A DNA stretch of 64,000 nucleotides, from NCBI RefSeq assembly GCF_009914755.1, contig NC_060947.1. One strand, given 5' to 3'. Shown here piece by piece: positions 1 to 20,827 of the stretch. How positions within the stretch are numbered: position 1 is the first letter of the stretch; every line of letters begins with the position of its first letter. Made by a program: the position numbers and the translations under genes. This DNA comes from the human T2T-CHM13v2.0 reference genome, Homo sapiens. A model generated the notes under the pieces. That model saw nothing but the letters and a program-made list of their open reading frames with translations. It did not search any database and was not told where the DNA came from.

Positions 1-1004
1 GTCTGTTTTCAGCATGGCCCTCATGCCTTCATCTGGGCCTGGTGCCTTCCCTGAAAAGAAAACTATATCTAGCATTTTGCTGGAGTGAGAAACATGCTGA
101 AACTGTGCAGAATGTGGGAGAAAAAACTGCTCCTAAACTGCTTCAATCAGTCTTTTTTTTTTTTTTAATGAGGATGGAACATAATCCTATAGATTTTAAG
201 ATAGTTTAAAGAACTATTTGTTGATCACTTACTGTATTTTGAGTTATCAGGTGAGACAGATATAAGGCATAGCTACTACAGCAGAGGGGACTGTAAGAGT
301 AGGGCCCCTGAAGCCAAAAACAGCATGAAGAATAGCTAGAACCAGATCCTGAAGGGTCTTGTCAAAGTATGCCCTTTTCCTGAAGGGTAGGAAATAAATC
401 CACTATTAGTTCATTGCTTTAGGTTTTTATTGCTTTCCTCATTTTACCCCTACATTCAGAGGTGTTTGATGCCACCAATTCCTGAGAACTGGGGGGCTTC
501 TGTGGTACAAATTGGTTACTCCCTGCTTTCTCAGATCTGTCTAGTCAGCTATTAGTTGCTCATCTGTTTTCCCAGTTCCAAATTTAAACAAGAGCATTTA
601 AACAGTTCTCTTCATTTTTGTGTTAATGAGTTAAGAGTGAGATTAGTTACATGTATTTGAACTGCTGTCTATACTCAAAAGTCTTTGGATAGGACATTTA
701 ATAAAACGTTGGGTCATACACAAGAAACAAGGAATTTTACACAGTATCAAGCCAAGATTTTAGTTTAAAGTGGTCCCAGGTTGATAGTACCCTCAGATTT
801 CTGGCAGAAGCGATAGAGGGAAGAGGAATTCACTTTCCACATGCCTCAAAGTTTTCCTGTCGGTAAAGTTCCAAGGAATTTGAGTTTAGAGTCACAGGTT
901 GCTAAGCACACTAGGAAATGAAGCACAATGAGCAAGAACAAACAGGAAATACAAAGCCCTCAGATACTGAAATTATATAAATATGTTGAAAGAAAAGAGG
1001 AAGA

Positions 1005-1387
<383 letters not shown>

Positions 1388-3002
1388 CTAGAAAAGAACA
1401 ATTCTGTAACATAAACTCGAAGACTGGATTTTGTTAGACATTAAGAACGACTAAAGAGGGAATTGGTTACTTGGACAGTAGATCGTAGAAAATTGTCTAG
1501 AACACAGTACAGTTAGAAAGCTCTTGAAGGAGAGGGGAGAGAAAAATGGTAGAAATACAACATTTAAAGAATCACTGAGAATTGACCAAAATTAATGGGT
1601 TGCTACATGGTTCAGAAATTCCAGTGAAGCTCAAGCAAGTGATAAAATGATGGTAGAGAAATACATGTGCAGACATAGGATAAAGTTTGATATTTCAGAG
1701 TACCCAAAACAAAGAGGAGATCTTAAAAGCAACCAGAGAGAAGATGGGCCATCTAACAAAAGAGTGATTTGACTGAGAGCTGGCTTCTTAATAGCAATAG
1801 TAGAAACCAGAAGGCAGTGGAATGTTACCGTCAATGTGCTGGGAGAAAATAGCTGTCAATTTAGAATTCTATACCCAATTAAATCCTCTTTCAAGAGGGG
1901 AAAAATGACTTTTCAATCAAATAAACTAAGTTTGCTACTAATAGACTTCTCAATTAAGGAAATTCTAAAAGACATACTTTAGACATCATAAAATAAACTG
2001 TAATGGAAATTAGGAAGCTTTTAGCACTGAGTGATAATATCACAAATAAAAACCTATGATATTCTACTAAAGAGGTACTTGGAAAAAATTTATAACCCTA
2101 AATGCTTACATTAGAAAATAAAAGCTACAAATTAGTGAACTAAGCAACCAATTTAAGATAGAAAAAGAACAAGATATGCCCAAAGAAAGTAAATGGAAGA
2201 AGATAAGCAGCATTAATAAAACAGAAAGCAAACATACAATACAGAGGCTCAAAAAAGTTAAAAGTTGGTTTTTTGAAAAGAGTAACAAAACTGACAAATG
2301 CCAGCTGAGATTAGTGAAGGAAAACTGGAGTATGAGGAATGGGAAAAGACAATTACACATGCAGAGATTAAAATAATAATAAGAGGGGGGTATGGACACC
2401 ATTATGCTAATAAATTTGAAATTTTAGGCAATGAATAAATGCCTAGAAAAATATCATTTATCAGAATCGACTTAAGAATTAGAAAGTCTGAAAAGTCCTA
2501 TAACAATTCAAGAAGCAGAATCATAGTTTAAAATCTTGTTTAAAGAAAACTCCGGGCTCAGGTGGCTCTCCTGGGAAAATTTTTATTTGATATTCAAGAA
2601 AAAATTTCCAATCTTATACAACCTATTTAAGAGTATAAACAGGGCATGGTAGGGGTTTGGGGGTGGTGCTCTCCACCTGAATGAAGCATAATAGAGGACC
2701 ATATGAGAAAGGAAATCACTTGCAGGTCTCACTCATGAAGATAGTTGCAAAAATCCTAAACAAAATATCAGCTAACCAAATCTAGCAGATATAAAAAACT
2801 TACCAAGTTGAGATTATCCCAGGTCTGCAAGGGTGTTTTAATATTAGACAATCCAGAATGTAATTTACCACATTAACAAATTATAAGGAAAAAATAATAC
2901 CATAATCTCAATGGCTAGAGTTACAGCTCTGATTAAAATCCAACAACAAATTATCCTGAAAAGAAGTCTCAAAATAAGGATAGGAATTTTCATAATAATC
3001 TA

Positions 3003-5183
<2,181 letters not shown>

Positions 5184-5421
5184 TTCATAATCTATTAAAG
5201 GGTATCTACAACATACCTACAGCAAACACCAACACCATACCTTATGGTGAGCTAGTAAATGCTCCCCTTTGAGATCAAGAGAAGACAAGAATGCCCATTA
5301 TCACCATTTAAATTCAACTTTTACAGTAGATAATTCTAACTAGGTAAGACTGGAAAAATAAAAAACGTGGCAAAGGTACTGAAAAGAGGAAACAAAGCTG
5401 CTCTTAGTATTTGTTTAATAT

Positions 5422-5567
5422 GGTTGGGCACAGTGGCTCATACCTGTAATCCCAACACTTTAGGAGGCCGAGGTGGGAGGATTGCTTGAGCCCAGGAGTT
5501 TGAGACTGCAGTGTTAATGATCATGCCACTGCACTCCAGCCTGGGCAACAGAGTGATATCCTGTCAA
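5422..5567 (+). mobile_element. Alu monomer (FRAM/AluJ-like)
   Basis: Left-arm-like start joined to right-arm end, ~145 bp. Confidence 0.75.
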
Positions 5568-5639
5568 GTATAATATTTTTGATATAAATGTGGGGGCTTC
5601 CCCCCAAAAAATGCTCTCAGAATTTAATGAGGAAAATAA

Positions 5640-5986
<347 letters not shown>

Positions 5987-6637
5987 TCTATGCCAACTCT
6001 TACAATGAGACATTCAGAATGAACAACGGACACATACCTGTGATACTGTTTTGTTGCTTGAAGCTCAATTGTGAGAAATTAAAACAATTCCATATTAAAT
6101 GGCCTCAGTCTTTTACCCTATTTCTTCTTCATATTTGGGGCAATTTCTGATAAACCACAATAAATGATGTTGTAGGTGACATGCTTTTATCTAAAAGTGT
6201 ATTCAGAAATAGACCCACACATCATCTTTTACAAGAGCAGGGCATTTGTCTTTAAAAAAAATTAAATCATACAAAAGAACTTAATGAGATCCGAATCAGG
6301 ATCTAAATACTGTTTCTAATAACTCTCAAGGCAGTGAGTAGGGACAGTCAGCCACAGGGCTCACCTGGTTGGTTCCTCTCTCTCAGGGGTCACTGTCTTT
6401 TGTTGCCTGATTTTCTAGTGCCTTGAAAACTGTTGTTTCATATTTTTTTTTCTATGTGTTTTTGGTTGTTTTAAATGGGTGGGTAAATCTCTCTGTTACT
6501 TCATCTTGGCTGGAAGCACAAGTCAATTTAATTAAATGGCTCATCATTTCTTGTATAGTCCTCTTTTTTGTTAATAAGGAGTTGTTTTAACACACGTTAA
6601 TACAATTGCTTGGCCTTTCCCTTAAAGTTTGCGTAGA

Positions 6638-6999
6638 TTTATTTTATTTTATTTTATGTTATGTTATGTTATGTTATGTTATGTTATGTTATGTTATGTT
6701 ATGTTATTTTATTTATGAATGAGACAGGGTCTCACTCTGTTGCCTAGGCTGGAGTGCAGTGGCACAATCATGGCTCACGGAAGCCTCAACTCCTGGGTTC
6801 AAGTGATCCTTCCGTCTCAGCCTCCCAAGTAGCTGGGACTACAGGTGTGCACTACCACGCCTGGCTAGTTTTTGTATTTTTTGTAGATAAGGGGTTTATC
6901 CATGTTGCCTATGCCAGTCTCAAACTCCTGAGCTCAAGGGATCCGCCTACCTTGGCCTCCCAAAGTGCTAGGACTACAGCATGAGGCACCATGCCTGGC
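6638..6999 (-). mobile_element. AluJ with (TTATG)10 tail-derived pentanucleotide STR at 6654-6703
   Basis: AluJ-type body; polyA tail converted to TTTTA/TTATG repeats. Confidence 0.88.
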
Positions 7000-8337
7000 T
7001 TGTTTCATTTGTTTTGAAAGTAACTGTTAATTTTAAAGGTCCAATCTGTGAGGATCTAAAGAGTAGGAGCCCTGAGATGAATAATTCCTGAAGGCTTTCA
7101 GCATTCTCTCCTGCTGTGTGCTTTGTTATTGACAGCTGTTCAAGGTCTCACCACCTCTGGAGTTTTAACCCACCGATGTGTTTCATAAATTTTAATGAAA
7201 GACAGATAGAGAGAAATCATAGATAGGCCAACATGATTGTACCATATCCATGCACTGGCTCAAAATGAAAATCTCTGTGATATTACCCTGAGTTACATTT
7301 GTGGAACACACCAAACTCCGTCTTCTAGCTTGTCTGATCCAGCTAGCTAAGGGAAATCAAAAGTAATTTGCAAAATCTTTTATGTTCTTTTATGTTCTTG
7401 GTACATTGCTCTGATTTATTTTTTAAGGCACAGAAAATTGTCCAAATGCATAGTACAAATTTGCAAATAAACTACATATAGTTATTTGGACGATGGTGTT
7501 TTTCTAAGGAGTTTTGTAAAGAATGTGGTTTAACTTGCCAGTGTGTAATGCTAAACTTATTTCTTGTGTGTTATTATGAACTTTATTTATAATTTCATAG
7601 CAGCTGTTTATTTTCATTGCTAAGGTACAATTCAGATGTTCTTGGCTTAACTCAGTATTCTCTATCTCACAAAATTTAAAATTAGACTGATACTTTGTAA
7701 AGATTCTTCAGATGTGGCCAGATTATTTTAGAAACAGCTTTAGTTATCCCTGATAATAAATATTAGGGAGAGAAAAAGAAATTGAGGTCTTTGAAGAATC
7801 CCTAAATATCATTTCAGTCTATCACTGTCAGCCTCCCTCACTGCTTTCAGATCCATTCCCAGGAGCATTTACAGGGTGGCCAAGCTTCCTCATTTGGGTT
7901 CCAGCTCTCTTAGTTTCTGTAGCCTACTCATTGAGCTAATGAGCAGTGTAGTGGCTGAGAGCTAGGGAGAAATATGAGAGAAATCAAAGAAGACCCTTTC
8001 TGACTTTTGCCCTAGATTGTTTGAAACGAAATAACATTAGAATAATGAGGAATTGACCACCTTTCCCTTGCTGCGTTTTAGGTGTCTTTTCTGTACCATT
8101 TTATTATGTCGTCTTAATCATAACAGCCTACATAAATACTTGAGTTTGGGTTAGGATGACAATGAAAAAGGGATTAGAAATAACGTGTACTCTTTTTTCT
8201 TAAGCCTTCAGAAGGACTGTAAAAACTTAAAGATGTTAAATGCAAATGCCATTGCCATTCCAAGTTAACAAGCATAAGAGTTTTTTGTTGTTTATTTTTG
8301 GGGGGTGATCCTTAATAGTATGTGTTTTTCTTTTCAG

Positions 8338-8399
8338 CTACCAAGTCAGGATTGTTACCCCCACCACCTGCGCTCCCTCCAAGACCTTGTCCATCACAG
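8338..8399 (+). CDS. REPS2: REPS2 internal coding exon (62 nt, phase 1->0), proline-rich (A)TKSGLLPPPPALPPRPCPSQ
   Basis: Polypyrimidine tract ttttcttttcag acceptor and CAG|gtagga donor; peptide matches recalled REPS2/POB1 proline-rich region and joins the next exon in frame. Confidence 0.93.
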
Positions 8400-10755
8400 G
8401 TAGGAGACATATTTGATTTATGTAAACTGTTCGGTGGTAGGGAAGTTGTCCTATCGCTGTGCTTCTTTGCAAGGGTTGATCGCCACAGATCTGGTCCATG
8501 AGATTCCCAAGCTGATACCCTGTGAAGAGAGCAGAGAGTGGTTTAATTTATTCTCATCCAGCCAGCTCCCCAGCCTCATGTGGAAGAGAGAAAGTTTCTT
8601 CAATAAGCCACCAAGCATACATATACTAGTTCACTCTTGGCTGTCCAGGGGTGCGTCTGTTTTCATCCCCAGAGAAGGGTAGAAGAAGGGGCCTCTCTCT
8701 AATTGGAGGTGGAGACATGGTTTTTCTGTATAGTATGTGCAATCTGGGTGCCTATATTTTCGTCAGTACTTTAGGAGCTATGTTAATTCTACATAAATGA
8801 AAAATAAATGGTTATCAACATGGGGTTAGTGCCGTGGTTTTGGCCTATGGTGCTTTCTGTAGGATGGTATTTTTCCTCAGAACAAAAAGCTGAGATAGCA
8901 GGAGGGGGAGAACATGTCACCAAGATCTGTTTCACCCCTAAATTAATTCTGCCTTATTTACATGTGCCACTATGGCCTTATTCATCAACACTTTGCAGAG
9001 CTGAAAATGAGAAGCAAACAGTGGAGTGTGGTATATGGTGCTACAGATCTTTCCTTTTGTTAATTGCTGCTGAAGAAACTTTCTATCTTTAAAGACCCTT
9101 TCTGATTTTTGGCAGAAAATTTTGGGAAATTTCTCTGTACACAGTCCCTGTTTCTACTTCATTGTTCTGGGTGGTTCAGAGCTATCCTTCCATACGGGGA
9201 CATCTCAGGACTCATGAGTCACTGAAACCACTTTTAACACATGCTTGTCCTTCTTTCAGTGAATGAAATGGTTTTTAGCATCCACTCAACCTTGAGATGC
9301 AAATACTATGAGATATTGGCTTCCTGCTTTAGTGCGAAGGGTAATAAAAAGCCCATTTCTTCCTGACCTGCATATAAACCAGCGAGAACTCCTTTCCAGG
9401 ATGTAACATTGGCCTTAAGAGATATTGGTTGAACCGTCAACAAGTATTTATTGAGTCCCTGCTGTATATCTAATGCCAAACCTTAGTTTTGCCCTAAGCC
9501 TTTCATTGGCTGTAATTTCTTCTCATTCAAATTATTAGCTGTGTCTGTTGAGCATCTCCAATAAATCAGGCATTGTGCTAAGTGCTTTCAGTGCATTATT
9601 TAATCCTCACAAAACCCCTCTGAGGTAGATACAGGTACTAATATTATCCCTTTTTTTTTTTTAACAGATAAGGAAGTTGAAGTATATGGGGGCTAAGCAA
9701 GTTACCCAAGGTGGCATAGCTAGTAAATAGTAGAGCCAGCTCCCAAATTGCAATCTGTCTCCTAAAGGCTCCTCCTGTCACCATCACTGGAGTCTGAGTG
9801 TCTATGTGTACAGCCAGACAGCAGATCCATTACACTTGCAATGGAGGCTTTCATCACAGGCCCCTAAGGAGGACCTTGATGAGATGAGGCTCCTGCTCCA
9901 CACCAACAGCAAACCTGGACTTGGTCACAACAAAATGAGCAGGCATTTGCTAGCTGCTAGTTCAAGCCTGGGGCTTGAGAGCCACCTGGTTGAATGCATG
10001 GAAGACCTGTCTGAATTGACTTTTGTAACCAACCTTCTAGCTTTCTCTTCCTGCACAAATGCCAGTAGTTACTACCCGGTCCCAAAATATGCTGCTGCTA
10101 TCAGCAGTCTTCATCTGAGCTGCTTGAGGTGGGCTTCTTGCCTGCTTTTGGAGCTTAGTCACCAAAGATCTGACTGGGGGATCTGGGAATTCTCTAGTCA
10201 CTGTTAATGAATGAGTCTGCTTCTTTGTCTACCAGATTTCCCATCACAATATAAACAGTGAGCCCAGTACTCAGCCTATCAGCTGCCTAACTATGGAGAT
10301 TTCAGATTTCAGGAACAGGTGTGTAAGAAATGGAGGCAGAAGATCCACATTCCATTTCTCTCCCCTATTCCCTCCTTTCACCCACTGTAAGTGGGACACA
10401 CATATTCAGATATATGAAGTCCTGGGCAATAAACACATGGTTATATTTAGTTTTTGTGCCATGTCAAGTTGGTATTGACCCTATGAGCGTCTTACTAACC
10501 ACTTTGTATGGGACACCTATATATTCTAGTCTTTCCCAAACTGCTTGTGATAAAACAGTCTCTGGGAGATATTAATAGGGCTCTGTGGTACAGATTTGCA
10601 GACTGCTGCCCCTCTACCCCTCTGGGAGAGTCGCTGTGCAAGTGAGCTCACTAAAGGCTTTGGAGGCCTACAGTAAGTAAAGCTAGTAAATTTTGTTAAA
10701 GCCAGCAATTTCCTAGCTTCTGTGACCATTGATATCTTTATTTATAAAATACCTG

Positions 10756-11667
<912 letters not shown>

Positions 11668-11671
11668 CAAA

Positions 11672-12014
11672 GGTCAAAATAAAGGGCTCTATTTTAAAGT
11701 GAAATCAGGTTCTGATAAATTTATCATTTGCCCTAGATAACATTGTTTTAAATTTATCAAGGTTGAATATTCAAGTGGAATGCTTGTTTTGTGTAATGTA
11801 TTTTTCCTTTGTTAACTTTGGCAGTACCTTTTACTGTATGTTCCCTAGTTATAGAATCGGTTCATAGATTGCTCAGAGCTACTCATATCTCTGGATTCAT
11901 GTATTATGAAGAAACAATTCTGTTTCAGACCAGCTTGTGTTGATTGAATCTCAAGTTTTGGAAGTTCTCTTGTGAGGATTTCTTAAATTTGAAAACTACT
12001 ATTCTCAAGTAGTT
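11672..12014 (+). repeat. Local duplication, copy 1 (partner 17935-18276)
   Basis: Direct by-eye alignment: 9 substitutions and 2 small indels over ~343 bp. Confidence 0.95.
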
Positions 12015-12528
12015 AGGGACCATAGGCACACACTACCAAACCTGGCTTTCCAGGTTTTAAGTATGTAAGAAAAATGAGTTTGTACATTTGCAATATGCAT
12101 ACAGAGATATATAAAGATTGTTTCTACATACACCAAAAGCATATATTCTTTTATCAAATGAGAGAGATGAAGTATAGGTTTTCAGCATAACATGCAGTTT
12201 AGCTGGCTCATACTTATTCAAGCACCACTGTGATATGAACATCTGGATTAAGTTATACAAATGGGGCCCTGGAGTTAGGAAAAGGAATAAGTTAAAAGAA
12301 ACATCTTTTTATTTTTCATACTATAGGTAAGATCAAGAAGAACCTAGTGACTATATACAAAATTAAGTAGTTTGTGTTTCACATTTTCCTGTGGCAAGAC
12401 TAGAGACTAGGGCATGGTCTTTTGGCTCAGCTCAGAAGAGGTGACTTTTTTTTGAAAAAAGACTTATTTATAGCATAAATAACCAAAAAGCAATTAAAGT
12501 AAACTATTTCATATAGAGCAGTGCATTC

Positions 12529-12698
12529 TTTTGTTTGTTTTTGTTTTGTTTTCTTAAGACGGTCTCGCTGTGTCACCCAGACTGGAGTGCAGTGGCATGT
12601 TCAGGGCTTACTGCAGCCTTGACCTCCCAGGCTCAAGTGATCTTCCCACCTCAGCCTAAAGTGTTGGGGATTACAGGCGTGTGCTACTGTGCCCGGCC
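12529..12698 (-). mobile_element. Alu monomer (FRAM/AluJ-like)
   Basis: Single-arm length; TSD TAGAGCAGTG. Confidence 0.8.
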
Positions 12699-12781
12699 TA
12701 GAGCAGTGTTAAAGTGAGAGTTAAATGTATTAGCCCACTGTTTGTATCATTTTAATAAATCCAGTAAATTGCCATCTGTAG

Positions 12782-13090
<309 letters not shown>

Positions 13091-13840
13091 GAGTTTGTGT
13101 TTATTCTGTAGGTCAGTTCTCTGCCAAGGGACTGTTTGGTACTTCAGTAGCTAAGTCCTTTTAATAGTGTTGATCTCATGACAGTTTTCTTATGGCAATT
13201 GTGATAGAGCCACAGCTTCAGTGTAACTATAATAAAGAAAAGATTTTGGGGGTGCAAGACATTATCTTTTAAGTTTTCTATTAGCACCACATTTGATAAA
13301 TTGGGGTTCCCTGCAGACTAATGTGCTCAGAATTTTCCTATTTCTGCCACTAATTTCTCACCTTATATGTAACAAAGTTTTCCTCACTAGCAATGTAATG
13401 AGTACTAAAAATAGCACTGGAAGGTGAAAGCACTGTGGGAGAAGCATTTGATGAATACCTTTAAGCTTAGAGAGACCAAGAAGACTCATGGAAGGGGTGA
13501 GATGACCAATGAAATTAGTTTTAAAGAAACAACAGAACTTTTTTTTTTTTTTTAGCTGGCTAAAAGATACAGAGCTTTACTGCAGATTTAAAAAAAAAAA
13601 AAAAACCCAAATGCAGAGAAACAGGCTTGCAAGAGGTCCTGGTATGTTTGAGGAGCTGCCTGAGATTTGGAAAGCCAGATTGTAGGGAAAATGGCTGTAG
13701 TGTTCTGGAAGTGGCCATGGGGAGCAAGCCTCCTGCTCACTTCCAGTTCCAGTTCTGGTAGGGATGTGGGAGAGAAACAGCCCCTACCAAAGGAGTTCTG
13801 TCTGGGGAGCAGAAACTGACGGGAGGACAGGGTTTTAGCC

Positions 13841-14012
13841 TAGTGGTTCTCACCCTTGGCTGCACAGTGGAATCATCTGGGGGAGCTTTGAACGTGCTGA
13901 GGCCTGGAGCCCCTCCCAGAGATTTTGGCATGGGGTGCTGAGGTCCGGCCACTGGGAGGTTTAAAAACCTCTCCAGGTGATTCTGAAGTGCAGCCAGAGT
14001 TGAGAAGCACTG
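13841..14012. mobile_element. MER5-family hAT MITE
   Basis: Termini agtggttctc ... gagaagcactg; typical internal ggtgattctga motif. Confidence 0.75.
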
Positions 14013-14874
14013 AATTAGGGCAAGAGGAAGGAATGCTCAGAGAAGAGGTTGAGAATATAGGGAATTTTATTGATGAGTTCTTATAGGGCACAATGAAAGG
14101 GGTTCTGGAGTTGGGGAGGCATGAGGTCAGCTTAGGGGATGTACTCAGACCCTATGGGGACAAGAACTCAGATCACAAGGGGCCTGGGAGTCAAGGGATT
14201 CTTGTGGTGACTGATGTGAACAGGGCTAGAGGATGTGACAGGAAGGTCCTGCTGGAAGAACTAGTCACTGTGTGCCTCAGGTCCTGTGTGTACTACTGTG
14301 AGAGGCTAGCCATGAACACAGATGGCCTCAAGAGGAAACCAGAACAACTGTGGTCCATTGAGTTAATTCTTCATCTAACTTCATAATCTGGCTAGAATCA
14401 GGTCCTGAAAGTGATATTGAACCCAATAGGAATATGGCAGTCATGCTACTCTTTTTCAAAGACTAATTTTTTAGACACAACTTTTTATAAAATACTACAT
14501 TTGTTTTATTTGGAAGTAAAAACTGCAGCTCACTTAAACTTAAATGGCAGTTCGTAGGCCCTGAATTTGTGAAATATTCAACACCATTTTAAATACTCTA
14601 TCCTTTTAATTAATATCCTGTCATTTAAATTATTCTTTCCACAAGTTAATACACAGTTGGTGATTCAAAATAGTAAATTCTTCTGGGAGAAATTAAGAGT
14701 TTTAGACCACACATACTTTTTTGGGGCAGGGGAAGGAATTCCTGGTGATTATGTAAGTCTCTTACAGGGCTATCTAATCCATTTTTAAGTGTTAATTTTA
14801 TTAAAGCATAACATACATACTGAATCTATTTTTAATACATACTAAATCAATTTTTAAGATAGTAAAATGAAGTA

Positions 14875-15707
<833 letters not shown>

Positions 15708-16483
15708 TATTATATTGTTGTCAGCTTTCAAATATCTATAAGAAAATAGCAAGAAACATTATTTAATGTGAACAATAGAGAAATGTCACTGCTTTTAAAA
15801 TTGCATGTTTTTTTTATCAAATTAAAACTCCGTGAATAAACACCAAACATCATGAAATCTCTTGCTGTAATATATTCAAATGACCTCATGTAATATATAA
15901 GTCATTGAATCACCTTAAGATACTGCCTGTTAAAGCATATTTATGAACTTTCAAAGGTATATACAACATCCTAATTTTTACTCATCAAAATACGAATTTA
16001 ATATGTATCAAGATAGTTTCTATTCATGCATGTATTAGAAAATCAGAAATTATTCCAAAGTGAATTTATAAACGTATATCACTTAAGATGCCACCTTCAT
16101 TTTCTTCCAAAGTGTTACTTTGTTCTGTCCTACAGTGTATGCTGTAGATTAGCTGAAAATCACAACATGTTAATGAGTATTTCAGTGATTAAGGAAAGAA
16201 GATATAAACCAAGGCTGTACCTTCATTTGTGATGATGAAAGAACATACTGAAAGCTGTACCACACTGTGCTGAATGTAGTAATATGAATGTGTCTGTCTG
16301 TGGTCTTATCCTTAGTCCTGCTACTGTGTAGCTCTCTGGCTTTGTGGGAATTAAGTAAGTTAGTCTCATGGACCTATCGCCCCTTCTATAAAGTAAGAAG
16401 ATTGGACTAGAGGGATCCTACTAGTGCTAAGATGTCTGATTCTATTTTGTATTCTCTGTTCAAGAATTTTTTTTGTAATATAG

Positions 16484-16879
<396 letters not shown>

Positions 16880-16944
16880 AGAACAGACTTTGAAAGGTTT
16901 AAAGAGGAAAGAGGACTGGCATGACAGTGAACTAGAGACTTCAA

Positions 16945-18276
<1,332 letters not shown>

Positions 18277-19628
18277 CGCACTGAATGACAAATTCAAAAG
18301 GCAAAGGAAATGGCCATAGTGATAAGTGCAAGGAGAAGAGAGGGTGAGAATTAGTAATGAAATACCAGCATTGGAATGGAGGAGAAAAGTGTAAGCCTGT
18401 CCCCCTTCCTTCTTTTTGAAAGAAGTGCTCAGCATTTTGCTCTTTATCAATAAGTGTCTTTAGAATTAATCCTAGTAACTAATTCAAAAGAAAAGAAAAG
18501 TTCTATGATGACATTTATTTTAGTATTATAAAAATAAGAACAATACAGACCACCTTAATATCTAGGAAGAAGGCACTGGTCAAGGGTAATGTATATCTGC
18601 CTGATTAGAATATTAGGCATCTATTAAAATGATTACATGACAAAACAGTAGAAAAGAGGGGTAACAGCTGAATACAGAGGTGTTTCCTGATTGTACCACA
18701 TAAGTATATGGTAGACCTTTGATGGTAAGGTTTTCTCATCTCTGAGGATGACCTTGAAGGTCCATGGTGCATGGTAATTGGCCCCTTTCCAGTGGTCGGA
18801 TTTCGAATTACTTTTACATTAGCCACTGTTCCCTCCCCAGTAGGGTTTTGAGATTCTTAGCTGCTTAGTGAATTTCTACTAACTCTTTTTAGGGGTCTAA
18901 AGGGATCGCTTAGGTGACTCATTTATAATTTACCTATCTTGTCTTATAACTTGTTTTTATAAGTTTTTATATTTTGGGAGATGATGTATGTGTAGTATTT
19001 ATGTGAATTGGGATATCTGTGAAGGTCTCCAGATGGTTCAGTCCTAAATGTCAAGTGCCTACTGTTAAATACTTGGAGAAGACTGCTAAGTAATTGGTAG
19101 AAGTTTAAATGGCTGTTTTGGTGGGGAAGTTATGCAGTTTTTCTTTTAAAAATTTTGTCTTAAAATTAAGGATTGGGGAAAAGAAAAAAAAGTCCTCTGA
19201 TATGACAACTAGAATAAAAAGTCATTTGAAGATTTACCAGAATAAAATGACCTTTGGAAACTACTTTTAGAGACCAGCTCTCAGAAATAGTGATAAGACA
19301 TATATTGCATAATTACATTGTTACGATGACTCTAGCAATTGTGAGGTTCAAAGAAATAGTGTACTGAAGTATTATCATCTAGTCATTTTTTAAATCTATG
19401 TTCTTTGGATAGTAAACTCTTATTGCCCTCACTCTTAAATAGTAATTCTGCTGTGTACAGAATTTTAGACTGAAAGTAATTTTTCCTCAGTATTTTGAAT
19501 GCATTACCTCCTCTTCTAGCATTTATTGCTGCCACTGCTCCGGATTGTACTGTCAATCTATTTTTTATTCCTTTGGTGCAGCTTTGTCTTTCCTCTGGGA
19601 TTGCTTTTAAAAGTTTATTTTTACTTTC

Positions 19629-20595
19629 TGAAGGGGTGGGTTGCCCCTCCACACCTGTGGGTGTTTCTCGTTAGGTGGAACGTGAGACTTGGAAAAGAAA
19701 AAGACACAGAGACAAAGTATAGAGAAAGAAATAAGGGGGCCCAGGGGACCAGCGTTCAGCATATGGAGGATCTTGCCAGCCTCTGAGTTCCCTTAGTATT
19801 TATTGATCATTTTTGGGTGTTTCTCAGAGAGGGGGATGTGGCAGGGTCATAGGATAATAGTGGAGAGAAGGTCAGCAGATAAACACGTGAACAAAGGTCT
19901 CTGCATCATAGACAAGGTAAAGAATTAAGTGCTGTGCTTTAGATATGCATACACATAAACATCTCAATGCGTTAGAGAGCAGTATTGTTGCCCGCATGTC
20001 CCACCTCCAGCCCTAAGGCGGTTTTCCCCTATCTCAGTAGATGGAACATACAATCGGGTTTTATACCGAGACATTCCATTGCCCAGGGACGGGCAGGAGA
20101 CAGATGCCTTCCTCTTGTCTCAATTGCAAGAGGCATGCCTTCCTCTTATACTAATCCTCCTCAGCACAGACCCTTTACGGGTGTCGAGCTGGGGGACGGT
20201 CAGGTCTTTCTCTTCCCACGAGGCCATATTTCAGACTATCACATGGGGAGAAACCTTGGACAATACCTGGCTTTCCTAGGCAGAGGTCCCTGCGGCCTTC
20301 CGCAGTGTTTGTGTCCCTGGGTACTTGAGATTAGGGAGTGGTGATGACTCTTAACTAGCATGCTGCCTTCAAGCATCTGTTTAACAAAGCACATCTTGCA
20401 CCGCCCTTAATCCGTTTAACCCTGAGTTGACACAGCACGTGTTTCAGAGAGCACGGGGTTGGGGGTAAGGTTATAGATTAACAGCATCTCAAGGCAGAAG
20501 AATTTTTCTCAGTACAGAACAAAATGGAGTCTCCTATGTCTACTTCTTTCGACACAGACACAGTAACAATCTGATCTCTCTTGCTTTTCCCCACA
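19629..20595 (-). mobile_element. HERV-K(HML-2) solo LTR (LTR5, probably LTR5_Hs)
   Basis: Minus strand starts TGTGGGGAAAAGCAAGAGAGATCAGATTGTTACTGTG and ends ...CAACCCACCCCTTCA; 967 bp; 5-bp TSD CTTTC. Confidence 0.93.
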
Positions 20596-20827
20596 CTTTC
20601 GGTGTTCTGTTTTGATGGCGCTGCGATGGGTTTAAGCGTAGATTTAAATTTGTTTATGCCAGGTGACACTTGGCATGCATTTTCCTTCTGGAAAATCATC
20701 TTTAATTTTAGGACATTTAGTGATATCTCTGTGGGTTTTGCTTCTCTACTTATTTCTTCTGTTTTCTTCTGGAACTAACTATATTTCTGTCAACACATTT
20801 AAAAAAAACTCTAGTAATGTGTCTTTC

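Noticed and set aside
2642-2668. G-run cluster resembling a G-quadruplex
   Set aside because: Lacks four clean G3 tracts and lies in a decayed L1
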